A DNA stretch of 64,000 nt, taken from NCBI GenBank assembly GCA_028534125.1, contig CM052818.1, forward strand, positions 19,470,001-19,534,000. The letters are read 5' to 3'. Of this stretch, positions 38,655-53,528 are shown piece by piece. Origin of the DNA: Lama glama (Eukaryota). The notes under the pieces are model-generated. The model was not told the DNA's origin and did no database searches. It saw only the letters and a program-made list of their open reading frames with translations. Position 1 is the stretch's first letter; each line of letters starts with the position of its first letter. A program made the translations under genes and the position numbers.

Positions 38655-38960
38655 CAGTGTCGTGAAAGGCAAAGAGAGGTTCCAGATTAAAGGAGTCTAG
38701 ACAGATGTGACAACTAAGTGGAATCTGTGATCCTGGGCTGGAGGAAGACAGTGCTCCAAAGAACAGTACTGACAAGCTGGCATATGGATGGGAGAGCAGA
38801 AAATTACTGTGTCAGGTTAACCCCCCTCATTTGTTTACTTGCTGCTGTTATGCAAGATAAGGACCTTTGTTCTTGGCAAAAACACACTAAAGTATTAAGG
38901 GGTAAAGGGCATGATTTATGCATTCTATTCTCAAATGGTTCAGAAAAAAAATATGTTTTA
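38655..38960 (+). mobile_element. Ancient L1M 3' fragment
   Basis: ttccagattaaaggagtctagacagatgtgacaactaa...cacactaaagtattaaggggtaaagggcatg...tctcaaatggttcagaaaaaaa. Confidence 0.6.
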
Positions 38961-41900
38961 AAGGAGGTCCACAATGACTGACTTCTTGCCAAATTCCAAA
39001 GAGACAGTTAAGAGGGGAGGAGAATGAGTAAGAGGGTAAGAGAGCAGTGACGGTCACCGCCAGTCTGGGGAGCCTCTGCCTCGGGTGCCCAGGTCACCTC
39101 ATAGGCTGTGGGCTAGTCCACGGAGGAGGAACTTGGTTCTGAATCTGTGGTCCAGTCGGCTGGTGGGCAGTGGGGTCATGGCCCGGCGCAGAGCTCCCAT
39201 GGTGACCTCTTCTTGTTTCTGGGCTGCCTGGCATCTCTAAAATCTGCTTGCTTCTTGGAGGACTTTGCAGCTTCTTGAGTGATCTCTGTTTAAGGAACCT
39301 CCTCTCCAGCTGCAGAAGGGGCGAGGGTGGCAGGCAGCATTGAACATCAGTCATTTCTCCACTGGAAGCGTGGGCCTCCAGTCGTGGGGTGCAGCTGCCA
39401 GCAGAGAGAGAGGGCTTCTGGACCTCTGTCTGCCCCTCTGACACTTGCACAGAGGACTCCTGGTGATACACATGTCCATGTACCCCAGACGAGTCATTCT
39501 GCCTCCGTGATGGGAACATCCTGCCTCTCTCCCACCGGCCAGTGAGCTGGTGCCAGCTCTGTGGGTGAGGACCTAGGTTCTCAGGCCTTGCCATATCCAA
39601 GGCTGTGAGTGGAGGCACCAGGATCTCGTCACCTTTCAGGGGGACAAAACCCACTTCCTTAGGATGTTGATGACCAAACGAGCAACATAGGAGAATTTAC
39701 AAGTAAGTTAAGAGCCTTATACATAACGCAGTGCAGGGAGAATATTAGCATTGTCACTGTCATCAAGAGAAGAGGCAGGACAGAGCCCCTATGAGTGCAC
39801 CATAAGGTGACGATAATAGGGGAAGGGGTAGGTGCTCAAGGGAGCATGAGTTCCTCAAGAGAGACTTGCCTTGGACCCATTGCCCGGGAGGGCAAGACTT
39901 GAGGGGATGATGGACTGAAGCAGGGCCTCAGAAGGGGCCTGGTTACTGCTCACCCAGAACTCTGGCTGCTCAAGCAGCCGTATTTTGTGTCCTGAGGCCT
40001 GTGCCCTCTGGTCACAGCTGACTGCTTAGTGACCTGTGGAAAAATGAATGTGACCAAGGGGATCCTCTCATCCAAAACTCTAAACTAAGATGCGCAGAGG
40101 AAGGTTGCTGTGGCGCTACTGTAGGTGGAAGATCAGGGTGTGTGTGGGCTGAACGTAGTCCTATGGGAGCCTCTCTGAGTGAGCAAATTCAGCTGGCAGG
40201 GAGAGGAGGATGGAGCAGGTGGAGCACAGACATCATCACACACGTATCTTGTTATTGTGCGGTTACCACGGGCCAGGCACTGTTCCAGGCTCTTTCCATG
40301 TCTTTTGCAATCATTACAATCCACAAAGCGGGTACTATTCTAGGATTATTCTTACCTGACAGACAAGGAGACAGGCACAGAGAGGTTAAGTGACTTGCTC
40401 AAGGGCACAGGGCCAGCCAGTGATAGAGCTGGGCCTTTGAGCTCAGGCAGGGTGCTCATTCCATCAGCAAAGTCGATGGGCGACTGCTTTGGCCCCAGTT
40501 CCTGCCCTAGGGGTCCAGGGAACTTCCCCTTGTCTCTTTCCTGGAGTTACCTCCAGTGGGTCTCTGCTTTTTGCAACTAAAAGAGGTTGGTGAAGAGTCA
40601 AAGGAATCTCTGGCAGCGGATAGCAGGATAGTTTTGTGTTAGGACCTCACTAGCCTCTAGAATCCTTTGAGTCAGCACCACGTGGGCTGGTCTCACAGGT
40701 CCTTGTGTGTGAGGCTCGCTGACTGGGGTTTGTCATTAAGAGCAGGTGGCACGGGCTGGGGGAGGTTTGTCCGGCTGGATGCATCCCAATCAAGGCCAAG
40801 AAATACTTGCATGGTGATGACATCTGAGTGCTTGGGTGAGGGGTGTGAATGCAACAATGAGTACTTTGGTACCAGAAAGGAGTCTGGGTGGTGGTGGCAG
40901 CTGAAATTCCACTCATACTTGTGCCTGCAGATAAACACTATCAATACAGAAGGGCTGTGGGCTGGAGGTCCACGGGGGTGACAGTGCAACCCCGAGTCTT
41001 ATCCCCAAACCCCAGCCCTCATTCTGGTGCAATGCGTTGGACATGGAGCTGGCCCCCTCCCTCTCCAGTGAGGGCTTGTGTTGTGTGTGAATAAGGGATC
41101 TGCAGATGGGGAACTGGAGGTCAGGAAACGCTTGTGTTTCCACCACTGCTTCACTTTCCAACATCTGACCAACCTGAGGTCAGCTCAGCTCGGCAAAGCC
41201 CTCCTCAGGAACAGAAGGCCTCCCCTGCCTCCCTCCCTCCACATTCCCTGTCCTCTTCCCTGTAGGATGAGCTTTTCTAGACCTTTCTCCCAGGCTGGCA
41301 GACAAGTGACACCACTATAGCCTAAAGGACCTTTAATTCTCACACCAGGGGGCCGTGAGCTGGGCGTGAGGGTGTGTGACCAGTAATCTGATATTAATTG
41401 TTAAATCACTAAAGACTGTGTGTTTTCTAAAAAACGGTATCACTGTGAAAGAGAAGCGGGGCACCCAACAGCCCCAAGAAGGGCCCTTCCTCACGAGGAC
41501 AGCAGAATTGTCACCGAGACTAGGGCTGGGGGGTCGGGGTGGAGAAGGCCAGGGTGCTGAGTGGGCAGCTCTGTCCAGGCCAGCCTTCAGGACAAACGTC
41601 TTCCAAGTGGGTGGGTGCAGCCTTGGGGCACGTGAAGAAGCGCGTCTTCTAACACGTCCAGTATGTCACGCATACTTATGCGGCATAACTTAGGAGTGTT
41701 GGTACGGACTTCTCAGAGCTGGTGGCTGATCTGGATGTGATCTTCCCCCTGGGGGAAGATGCGCCACTGGCAGTGCCCTTGGAGGGGCTCTCCTGTTCAG
41801 ATGGCAGGTCTGGCCCGGCCTCTTCCGGCAGTGCTCTGAAGGCCCACCTGAGGGGAAGGAGGCAGGCCAGAATGAGGCCCGCTTCAGCTGGCCCTGCCTG

Positions 41901-42129
41901 GACCCCTCTGCCTCCTCCCACCTACCTCCAGGCTTGAGCCATATCACCCAAAGCCTCACCACAACCTCCCCAGTGGGTGTCCCCTTCCCTCTGTGTACCC
42001 CCACCCCTGCCTTCACCACCTCTCAGGCCTCTCTCCTCCAGCAATACTGCCTCCTCTCCAAGGCTCAGCCAAGGCTTGTTCCAGGGGTGACTGTTAGATA
42101 AATGAACACACTGCTTCACACAAACCTAC

Positions 42130-44135
42130 TTTCCCTTCAAGGGTCTCTTTATTCAAGACCTTTGTTTCGAGCTGTGAGAAACCTTCAGAGGCTTCCTCTA
42201 TGGAATACTTCAAATCAAAATGCATTTGTTGCCTTTTCCTATTACCAAGGACTGACTACTAACATCTTTGGCCATCCCAAGGTAAACCAACAGCACTTGC
42301 TTTTTCTTATTTAGTTTTTTCTAATAGAATTCCAGAAAAAATAGATCTCTATTATATATATATTTATACACACACATACACATATAGGGATCCTTCAACC
42401 AGGAGGTGAAGGAGCTGCTGTCCTTGCAATGTCCCTCAGCCAGGAGGGGAAGGCCAGGAGGTGCAGGCTCCCGCTGGAGGCACTGGGGCTGTGCAGTGCT
42501 GAGCCAGTGCCGGGAGCAGGTGGGACTCCAATGGCTCCTCCCCTCTGAGGAACAAATGGGGCTCTGACAAACCAGGGCAGCCCTCGCCCGACCTTTCCCC
42601 ACACCTTCAAATGAGAGATGTACCAAATAGAGCTTTAAAACTAAAACCCAGAGTGCAGATAAAAAAGGACTTCCCTGATAGGCCCGTGGGGGCTGACTTC
42701 CTCGGGAGAATTCTGAAAGCATCGTGCAGCAAGGCCAGCAGGGGAGACACCCCCCCAGCACCCCTGCAGAGAAGGCTGTCAGTACACAAAGGCCTGCCCA
42801 ACCAGAGGGGCCAGGCTTCGCTCCTCCTTGGGTCTCTAATCACAGTCCCCATTTGGCCCCAGACGGGGAAGCCAATCGCCAGAGTGGTAGTCGGTGCTTG
42901 TGTAACCTAAGAAAGCCTGAGGTGAAAACGGGCTGTGGGTGGTGAGATGTATGAAGGCCACTCTTACAGACTGCCCATCTCCACATGATAACGCCCCGCG
43001 GGATTGGCATTGTACCCATTTCCCAGAAAAATAAGGTTTCTAGGAATGAGGTGTTGATGCAAAGCATTAGAAAGGCTGGGTTGGTCCAGCAGCCATGCTT
43101 GGATCCTGAGTCCTGGGGGCTAAGGCCTAGGGCCGCAGGAGGCTGCTGGGTGGGGCACGTCTCCAGGGGGATGCGGGTGGGCAGAACTGAAAGCTTAGGG
43201 CTGAGCTCAGTGCCCCTGGCCAGACACCAGAGGCCCCAAAGGCACTTGGCAACAGAGGGGAAGACCAGAGTGGGGCCCAACTGGCCTCAACACACAAAGA
43301 GGGGCAATGCTAGCTGGGAGGCCACGTGGCCCCAAACCTGGGAAAGGACCCAGAGGTCTACCCTCTCTTCCCACTTGCCAGCAGATTCTTCAAGCCAGGA
43401 CTGCCCTGGACCTGACCTGAGAGTAAGGTGTGAGACGAGGGCCCGGGGCCTCCCCAAGACAGAGGCCTGGGGCAGGGGGTGAAGAACAGCTGTGAGACTC
43501 CCCCACCAGTGCTCTTGGGGAACAAGTCCAGTCACCATGACTCTAAGTTACTTAGGGTTCAGGCAGACTGTCTCCTGAGGGGCTGAGGCAGGAACCCAGG
43601 AGAACCCTCTTGGCCCTGCCCAAGGGCCGTTCATGGGAGAGCAGAGAGCTGAGGTTCTAGACTAAAGCTTGTGCAAAGCCAGGAAATCTAGGGTCTGGGA
43701 TGTTGAGGGAGAGTGACAGGTACAGTACAGGGGCTTCTAGGTGGAGGGGTGGGGGTCGAGAGGGGCTCAGAGCCTTACTGCACATTTAGATGAGGCACAG
43801 ATACACTGGGGAGGCCACGTGGCCTCCCAGCTATTTCCTTGCTCACAAATACCATGATGCTTGTCTGAGTCCCAAGGAACAAGGGATTTGTTTTTGATGC
43901 AAACCTGGTCCACCCAGCTCCAGCTGAGCAGCTCCTAGACCCAGCTGGCCCTGGAGGGAAGCAGGGGCGGGGTGGGGGAGGCGAGAACTAGGGCTGCAGC
44001 CTGTAGAAGTGTTCCCTAGAGATGTATTTCCCTGAGGCCCTGCACCTCCCCAGACCCACGCTACTTGCTGCCTGCCTGTCCACCCACGCTGGGCAGCTCC
44101 CTCCCTCCCTCCCTCCCAGCCACTGACGAGCAGGA
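42130..44135 (-). other. TTC7A: TTC7A 3'UTR (about 2 kb)
   Basis: Runs from the stop codon to the AATAAA at 42148-42153 (- strand). The end point is inferred. Confidence 0.6.
42148..42153 (-). terminator. TTC7A: Candidate TTC7A polyadenylation signal AATAAA
   Basis: TTTATT on +. On the - strand it is followed by GU-rich sequence (gtttgtgtgaagcagtgtgttc). Confidence 0.65.
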
Positions 44136-44444
<309 letters not shown>

Positions 44445-46245
44445 CTACATCTCAAGCTTTGGAAGGAACAAGTGACCGTGCCCTTGACCTATGCAAATCC
44501 CACCTGTGTCCGTCCCAGCCTTGCTTCTAGCCCAGCATCCTGGGTCACCCACTGGGGGAGCTCTGGCCCCAAGGGATGAGCCTTCCAGTCAGCAGACCTG
44601 GCTTTGGGTCGCTCCATTAACACCTGGGCAGGTCACCGGTCTCTGGCCCTCACTTTCCTCAGCTGCAAATGGCAAAGACTGCCATGCCCACCTCTAGGGT
44701 TAAGTTCACGTGAGTCAGTATGTGCAAAGCCTCTGAACGGTGTCTGGCATGCATGAGCTCAAGTTGACGGGCCTGTCACCCCATGGCCTTGTGCTGCACT
44801 GTGGCACTGTCCTCCCCCGCGACGAGTGGGACTGAAGAGCGGATGCTACCGGCTTGGGACTCTCCAAACGGAGGGAGGACCGCAAGCTTGTGAGGGCTGG
44901 ATGGACAGCTCTGGTGCCCGCATCAGTGGCTGGGCTTCCTGGGACCTAAAGCTCACCGCAGCCTGGCCAGGCAGGTCAGAATTGCAGGAGGAGAGTGAGA
45001 TGGCCGGGGACCAGGGGTGGATGCTGGGCGAAAGGGGGGCCCCTGGGAGGGGTCAGGGCTGCCCAGGAAGCTTGGCCCTGATGTTTGGCTCCAACAACCA
45101 GAGAGACAGAGGAAGTGACAGGAATTGTCACAAAAAGGGTGGGAAGTGAAACTGGCACTCTATCCTCTCTACATCCTCATCCACCCACCCTGGGAAGGGT
45201 GTGGGGAGGCAGGGGGACAGGGTGGTGATCAGAGGGAGAGGCGAGGACCCCCTTTTGGCCTCCAGTCCTAGAAAGGCTGCTTTGCACTGTTGCATCTGTG
45301 TTCCAGCCCTCAAACGTGGCACAGGATGGCAGCACAGGGGGCCATCCTCTTGCTCAAAGATACGAGGTAAAGTCTGAACATCACCAACTTCCTGGACAGG
45401 CAGGGGCCAAGATTGGGGTGGGGAGCTGCCGTCTATGTGCCTGGAGCCTTGGGTGCCCACCCACTGACGACCGTGTACATTTTTAGCTGGAACATTTTCC
45501 TCCTCACCGCACTCCGCAGAGCTAGGCCTTTTGTTGCTATGGAGACCCCACCAGGGAAGATGCATACGCCTGACTTCATAGTCCTCTGAGGGCCTGGAAC
45601 ACGACCAATTAGGCAAGAGGGAGAGATGGCACTCAGGAAGCCCTAGGAAAGCCCCCCCCCCTTCTCTGGAGGCGCTGGATGGCCCTCGGGTGGCCAGGAA
45701 TCAAGAAAGGAAGGGGAGCTCTTCATCCCAGGGTGAAGCTGTCTCCAGAGAACCACAGGGATGGATGGGGAGAACAGGAGAAGCTGGGGCTGGGTGGAGC
45801 CTCAGGCAGGGTCCCTGGCTCTGGCCAGATGGGAGCAGTGCTGACTCAGGGCTGCTCAGGACCAGAGGGCAGTCAGTGCTCAGTCTGGCCAGCAGGGCTC
45901 CAGGCCAAGTTGCTCTGCCCGCATGGCCTGGGAGCTGGACCCTGAGCAATTCATGATGGAACAGGGCCCGCAGGGAGGAGGGTAAGAAGGCGAGACAACA
46001 AGCCGCCAGACGCCAAAATTAAGCACCAAAAATGGAAGGTTTGGGCCCTTAGTGCTGCCCATGGCGGAGCAACAGGACAGATGGGAAGGCCGCCCAGGGC
46101 AGGGGCGGGGCTGCAGTGGCTTTTACATACCACTTTGGCTCTAGTGAGCTTCTACCTGAGATCTTGTTTGGAAAGAGGGCTACTCTTTTCAATGAGTTTG
46201 AAAATCCCTATCTCAAGAGATACGGAGGTGTGTGGGGAGGAGCCA

Positions 46246-46248
<3 letters not shown>

Positions 46249-46286
<38 letters not shown>

Positions 46287-46322
46287 TGTCTGTCTGTCTC
46301 TGTCTGTCTGTCTGTCTCTCTG
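46249..46322. repeat. Compound microsatellite (TG)n(TCTG)n
   Basis: Directly visible. Confidence 0.95.
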
Positions 46323-46394
46323 TCTTCGTCTTCCTCTGTTTAGTAGGTTTGAGGCAGGCTCCTCTGCGTGTTGTGGGGAGAGGAAGACCGGCCC

Positions 46395-46540
46395 AGGTTA
46401 GAATCCCAGCTCTGCCACTGACAGGGCCGTGACACCAGAAAGTGGCCTATTTTCTCTGAGCTGCTAGTTCCTTATCTGTAAACTGGGGAATAGAACAGCC
46501 CTTCCTCGTAAGTTAGCATGAGGATTCTGCAAGGATGAAT
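46395..46540 (+). mobile_element. MIR SINE (further MIR-like fragments near 40250-40450, 44590-44760, 50050-50180, 53010-53190, 55690-55870, 62540-62660)
   Basis: gaatcccagctctgccactgac...ttctctgagc...ccttatctgtaaactgggga. Confidence 0.7.
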
Positions 46541-49500
46541 TTGCAGTTGTGCAGCGGGACGCATGGTGGGCAGACAGCACGTGGAGGCGACCCCAGGATG
46601 AGCAGAGGGTCCTGGGTTGGGGAGAAGTGGGCAGAAGAGCTGATTTCGCTGGAGGGCAAGGCTTCCTCTGGGGGAAGAGTATGGGCTGGGGTGGGGTTGG
46701 ATCACGTTCCCCCCACCCTGGGGTGCTGACCTGAGAGCCTGAAAGGAGACACCGGGGTCAGGCTGGGGCCTGGAGGCCCAGGGCCTGTAACAGGATCTGC
46801 TGCCACCTGCCCGAGACACCAGCCCATCCAGTTCATGTTTGGTAGCAACTCGGAGCTGTTTGTTGCCTGACAACTGGGTGGGGCCCCGCCCCAGGAAGAT
46901 GCACCGTCTCACCTGCTCTGCCCCTGGCCTGCGGCTCCCCAGCTGCCCCAAGGAGATGGTGGGAACACAGAACCTGTATCTCAAAGTCCATGCTGACCCC
47001 TCCCTACTCTGCACCCATGTAGAGAGAGGAGACCAGACCCACTGAGTGACTCTCAGCTTCTGACACCTGACCTGGGAGACGCCACAGCTGTGCAGTCCCA
47101 CGGGGATTAGAACGAAGTGCAAGTTGCTTATGAAGCATGGCGGCTGTAATGGGGCCGGGGTGACTACAGCTGCTCAGGAAGGAGCGGGGCTATGGGGAAA
47201 GCCCCCAGAAATTCCCGACATCATCCAATCCCTGTTCCCTCCCTTCCTGGAGCTCAGGGAGAAGTGAGCCTCTGGCCCCCTCTCACCTGCCTGGTACCCT
47301 GCTGCCCCAGGAAGCCTTCCCTGGTGGACTGCACCTTCTGCCCACACCAGCACCTTGAGATTGTGCTTCATTACTGAGGGTTCTCCAACGCCATCCCTGC
47401 CCCATTCCTCCTAGACTGAGGGACCCTAGCTCCTGCCTGCTTCACTAGTCCCCACAGGATAGCAGGGTAGGGGGTTCCTAGATGCACAATCAGGCACAGC
47501 AGGGGTGTTTCCATGTACTGAGTGACCTGCCACAAAGGCAGGCAGCCTGAGGGGCCTCACACTCGCTGGGGTCTGGTCTCTGGTTTGTATGGAGACCCTG
47601 AGGGGAACCCCTCCCGGTTAGGAACCCAGGTTCTCTGCAGAAGTACAGGTGGGGTCAGGGGCTGCAGCCTAGGATGGGGATGAAGGGGCAGAAGGGTCCT
47701 GCCTGCCTTTTTCTGAATTACCACTGCATACCATCTCACTAAATCTGTGCTGGACACTGTCCCCCTGAGGAGAGGGGTAGCAGGAGGGTCCTAGCTTTTT
47801 CTTCTTCAGTGGGGAGGGCTGCCCTGGGAAGCAGCCTGCAGTGCTAGGCCAGCTGCAGCCCAGGCTGAGAGCTCCCTCTCCACCCCTCCCCTCAAGTATT
47901 TATAGAAGTTATTTTGGGAATTTTCTTTCTGCGCTCAAGGCGCATTCCTGGGATTCTCTAACAGCCTTTCCAGCTGGGAAGCTGGGAATCAGCTAGGGGG
48001 CTGCTGTCGCCTCCCGGTCCCTGGAGCCTCCTGCTTGGGGACTGAGGGGCCACCTCTGAGGCTGCACTAAGGAAGGCTGCCTCCCTTCACCCACCCAGGG
48101 CACCGACACACCCTGCAGCGAGGCCCACATTGCCGCCAAACTGAGGCTCTCTCCCCGCACTAGGGATTCTCCCAGGTGTGTCAGCCTCAACCTGTCCAAC
48201 CAGACTGGGAATAAGGAATCTCTCCAGGATGAGAACTTAGCCCACACATCGCCACATCCCTCCTGGAGCTGGGGCAGCTCCAAGGCCACAGGCTGGTCCT
48301 ATTTCCCTGTGGGGGTGGGGACTGCTCCTTCCAGACACCCCCAATATCTGGCTCACAGCTCCCAAGAGCTCCCCTCAGCTCTCATAGGAAGAGGCTCCTG
48401 CTGAGAGCCCCCAGACTCAGAGCCCAGCCTAGGTGGGGGTCTTCTGGGGTAGCAGGGTGGCTATGCTTCGCATGTGGCAAGAACTCACGCCGGCCTTCCT
48501 CCTCCGGGGCCTCCACAGGTGAGTGCTGGAAAACACCAGTGGACCCGCCGGCTGGGGGTGGTGTGTGTCTTCAGAGGCCCACAGCCAGGCTCAGGGACAA
48601 GCACAGGCTGGGTAAGAGGGTGAGTCACAGCCTGGAGGGGCTCCCTTGCCAGCCCCACCTCTAGGCAGGGAGCTGGGCCTTTCCTGCTCCAGCCTTCTAG
48701 CATGGGTTTCAGGCTCTGGGCCATCTGGGGGCTCTGCTCACCCTGTGACACTGACAGCTTCCTATCCACTTCATTAGCATTTCAGGACTCCACTGCCAGC
48801 CTAAAGTTCACCTAGAATCCTGGGTCAGAGGCAGGGGGACCCACCTCTACCCTCATGAGCCTGGGATGTGGGCTCAGGGTAGGTGCTGGGGTTGTGCCAG
48901 CCGGGGAATGAGGCGGGCTGGGGAGGGGCCTCTGGACAGTGAGGCCCACGCTGACGGGATGCTTGGGCAACTCCCCCCCCAACCCGGTGAGCCTCCACTT
49001 TCCCATCAGGGGATGCAGACCTCGGGCAGGACTAGGGATGGACAAGAAGAGAGAACTCACCATGTAACCACCACACCAAGACATTCCTATTGAATTTTCC
49101 TGCCAAACAAGCAATATTCTGCCCTGACTAGAGGTGGTGGGGCAGGCACAGACCCCACTGATGAGGGGCTGTGTGTGGACACAGCTTCTTCACACATTTA
49201 CACAGCACAGCGCAAGACCCCCCGTTCGCTCAGGCTGCCTCTGAGCCCCCACTCCAGCTCAGGAAGTCAACAAGTGGGGAGCAGCCTGGAGCAGGTGGAG
49301 GTCCTGGAACCAGAGACCTGGCTGTTCTCTGTACTATCCAGTGTCAGGGAACATCCAGAAGGCCGGGCACTGAGTTTCACATCTCAGATGCTCTTCAGGT
49401 CAGGAAGCAAAGGCTGAACCAGCCTAACTCAACTACCGGCCAGAATGCAGGACCATGCGGGGCCTTGCCAGGGCCTGGCCATCCCTGTCCCTCCTCTCTA

Positions 49501-49838
49501 GCAGCCTCTGGGCCCAGCACACCCCTTTAGCTGCAGAGTCTCACCCCACGTACGAGATGGCAAGAGTGGGTCTCAGATCCCCCTCAACCGAGACTCGAGC
49601 CCACTGGGCTGGCTGCCCTCACTCTCGGCTCGGGGCAGCATGGCCTCACACTGCACGCTCTTCTCCCATCCACAGGCCGGCTGGAGCTGAGGTCCTGTAC
49701 CTCGGCACCAGGCCAGAGTCGCAGGTGGGCCCAGAGAGGATGGAGCGGTCTGGGCCTTGGCTCTGAGCTTCCACTTGCCTCTGCAAACCACGAGTGTCTG
49801 AACCCAGCCTGGGTGCCACACTTCAAAATGAAAAATGT

Positions 49839-49976
49839 AGGGGGGAAGGTATAGCTCAGTGGTACAGTGCATGCTTAGTTAGCATGCATGAGGTCCTGAG
49901 TTTAATCCCCAGTACCTCCATAAAGAAAGAAATAAGAAGACCTAACTACCTCCCCCCAGAACAAAGTGCAAAAAAA
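49839..49976 (+). mobile_element. Vic-1-like SINE in the last TTC7A intron
   Basis: tRNA-Ala-like head. About 20-bp TSD cacttcaaaatgaa(a/c)aatgt. Confidence 0.88.
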
Positions 49977-52900
49977 CCACTTCAAAATGAACAATGTCCA
50001 AGTCACCCCAGCCCCGGGGCCATTCGCTTACAAAATCCTTAAACCTCATTCTAACCAGAGCCCTAGGTGCTTGGCATCACGATTCCTAGTTTACAGACGA
50101 GGACACTGAGGCTCTGAGAGGTTGACGAACGTGGCCAGGGTTAAACAGTGAGTACAGGCACAGCAGGACCCGAGTCCAGGTCAGTCAGACTCGAAGGATG
50201 TGCTCCAACCTCCAGGCACGAGCCAGCTCTGACACTGGGGGCTTAAAAACCCTCCCAGCAAACCAGTGCCAAAGGCGACCCCAAAGGTAGCTGAGGTCCC
50301 CAGTCCCTGCCCAGCACCCCCTTCCTGCTTTCTCAGCACCGTGCGGGCACCATAGGCCACCCAACAGCACAAGGAGATTTGGGCCCATGACCCTCGCCCC
50401 ACAGCAGTGAGGTCAAGCTGCCCAGTCAAAGGTAGGGCTCAGGCTACCCACCACCACGTCTGCTACTCAAAGGACACCCAAAATACCTAATGTTGGTTTA
50501 TCTTTTCACAACCCCCAGCTCATCTGAGCCCTAAGATTACCCCTTAAGGTCACAAAGGCCTGAATTACTATCCCCATTTGATAAAAGAGAAACTGACCAG
50601 CGAAGGGAAGTAATCTCCAAGTGCCCCCACAACTCAAGGGCTGGTTGTCTGTCTCAGGTGAGTCACCTCTCCAGTCTGTCCCACTCTCCAGGACTGGGGA
50701 TGGGGCCAGTCAGGGAAGCAGGGTGGGGGAAGCTCTGTGCAGCCAGAGTTCACGTCTTGGACCTTAGAGAGCAGAGCCTTCTGGTTGGATTCCTGGAGCA
50801 AAAGGCTCTACCCAGAACCTTAGGGCTGGATGGGGCAGAGCCCTGTCCAAGCTGGGGAGGGAGAGTGAGGGTAGTGGGAAGACTCTGGGGACTTGAGTGG
50901 CATGCCCCAGTCTGGAGAGAGGGAGGCAAGAGGCTCTGGAGCCATCTGCAGGTGGCCATACCTTTGATCCCCAAACCCACTTAGCAACAGCTACTCTGCA
51001 AGCAAGGAAAGATTACAAGGGAATAGTTCATCGCCAGCTCTCATCAGAGAGCAATGGATGACAGAAACACTGTCTTTCCAGGGGCATCTGGAGAGACTAG
51101 GCCAGATCACATGGCCAGGACTGCTTTAGGAATCACATCCCTGGGAACCACATCACAGGAGCCTAAGCTCACGCAAGGCAGTACCCCCACTGCTGCCTGA
51201 GAAGGAAAGCATTCTGGGGAGACGGGGCAGTAGGAACCCGGAGTTCTGTCTCAAGAAGAAAGCATGACCAGGGGCAGGGGCCAGTGAGAAGCAGGGAAGC
51301 CTGGCCAGAGAGGGGTCAGAAAACTTTACCCCCAGCATCTGTTCTTGGGAGAGGAGGGTGGGGTGCCACCCACAGACACAGGTGCAAGGACGTAGCCGCA
51401 CCTGCCTACTCCTGGCTGAGGCTTTCAAGCTGTCACTTGCAGTGAAACAGGCTGCACCAAAGCACCCACCCTCCCAACTCAGCCCAGCAGAGAGCAGGGA
51501 GAGTGAGTCAGTCATGGCCAGGGCTAGTGTGATCCTCCCACCATCAAGGTCAGGTGACCTCAAAGGAACCCCTTCTTGGGAGGGCTCTCCGTGACTTGAC
51601 TCCATCAGTCGATCCTGGGCTCCTTGCCTTCCCCAGGCAAACCTGGTCCCTTGGAGGTCCCTTCTCAGCCAAGCTGCTGGAGCCGCCTTGGAAAAGCACT
51701 GTCACCTGAGGGCCAGCTCCTCTGCTGATCTTGGGAAGGACCCTGCTTCCTTTCTCAGGTTTCCTCGGGGGCAGGCAGGTAAAGTTCAGGTTTCCCCTTC
51801 TTAACTAGATTCTTCTACCAGAAAACTAAGTTCTTAACATCTAGGCTGAGTAAGTATGGTTTCCACCTACCCGGAGACTGAGCTGGCAGAGACCATCAGG
51901 CCCTGCTCCTGGGTTTTCACTGGGCATTTCCATTGGCAGAGAACATGCCTTTTTCTTTCCACTCCTGGCAGTCTCCTGAAGCCACCTGGCCATCCCTGAG
52001 CCTGATGGAGGAGGCAGCCTGAGAGACCAGAGCTTGACAGCACAGAATCCTCTTGGAGGGACCCTGCTGCGTGCACAGTGGGGCCTCTTTGCTGGCACAG
52101 CCCTGCTAAGGAGGTGTCTCTTTCCTGCCTGATCTGGATGGAAAAGTCTGAGCTGAGCCCAGGGTGGAGCTGGAACCTATGTCCCCCTACACCCAGGGCC
52201 AGGAGGGCAGCAGGGCAGGGAGAGCAGAAAACATGTTTCTGAGCCAAAGTTCATGTTCCTGGATGCCTGAACCAGGGTCCTGAAAGCAACAGCCTTCCCT
52301 CCCAGAGGCTCTTCTCTAGCTGGTCTCTAAATCTCCTGTCCCATCTCCTGTACACAGCCACAGAGAGGCCCTAAGGCCAGCCTCCTGGTATCTGACCATC
52401 CCGCCCTGAGAAATGCAGGGCAGAAAGTGGCACCCACCCAGCTGAGTCTAGCTCTGCCCTCCTCTCCCAAGACCTCAGAGAGCGGGACTCAGCCAGCATA
52501 TCAGAGGGCTCACTGAGGGACCTAGAGCTCTTCCAGCCCAGGCTTTGGGTGGCCATGTGTCCCCTTCTCCTCGTACCTATCAGAGGCTGATGTCCTCACA
52601 GAGCCACAGGGTGTGGTAAGACCAGGATGTCCTCCCTGGCAACTTACCTTGGCAATGACTCCAAGGTGGGGAGGGTTACCGGTTCACCTCCATATTCCTT
52701 GCTCTGGATAATTCTTCAAGGATGCACCAACCTCTGGAGTTCACAAAGCTGAGACAACTGCTATGTCTCTCTCTCTGATTCTCTACTATTTTTACAATGA
52801 ATCCCTTACAGAAGTGCAAGCTTAGACCAATGGGTAGAGTAGCTCTCATCACGTAGTACCACAGCGAAAAAGATCCTAAAGTCCCATCTGTGCTTGGTGG

Positions 52901-53514
52901 GAAAAAGTGCTGATTAGTGATGCCTGTCACCGGTGAGGGACTAAAGCATGGGGCATGGTAGCGCATGTGCTGTGTTTTGCTTTCTCTGATATTGCACTGC
53001 AGGCTTTTAGAAGCACTTTCACGTGCATCACCTCATTTGATTAGAACAGTGCTGGTCTAGGAATACAGAGAGTATTATTCATTTACAAATGGAGACATCA
53101 GAAGCATGAAAGTCAAGCATATCTTTTCCTACATCACCCAAGTGAATTCCAGGGCCAGGGTTAGGTCCCAGATGTCCTGAATCTAAGGCCAGTACAGGGA
53201 AGACACGTAGATCAGGGAACGCTGGAGATCAGCACACCAAAGTGTTTGCCTGTCTTTGGGAAAAGAGTGCTTAGAAAATCTTCCCAGGCCTGCAATGTGC
53301 TATTCTTTATGCATATGTGTGGGATGCTGGCAGGAAGAGAGGGTGAGAAGGGGCTGGACTGCCCACGTTGGAGCCGACTGGCCCCTCTGGCTGCTTGTCA
53401 CTTTAACAGTGGGCAGTCCTTGCTCCAATTGCATCAAATCAGCAAGGCACCCCGGGAAGAGAAGAGGGACCACTTCAGAAACAGCTGTAGGGAGCCACTC
53501 TGGACAGCTATTCA

Positions 53515-53528
53515 GTTACCATGGAAAC
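53515..53528. promoter_or_regulatory. RFX X-box motif GTTACCATGGAAAC
   Basis: Near-palindromic match to the X-box consensus GTTNCCATGGNAAC. Function untested. Confidence 0.5.

Noticed and set aside
41340..41357. CTCF site (cacaccagggggccg), also near 47990
   Set aside because: Only partial matches, expected by chance in GC-rich DNA. Needs PWM scoring or ChIP data.
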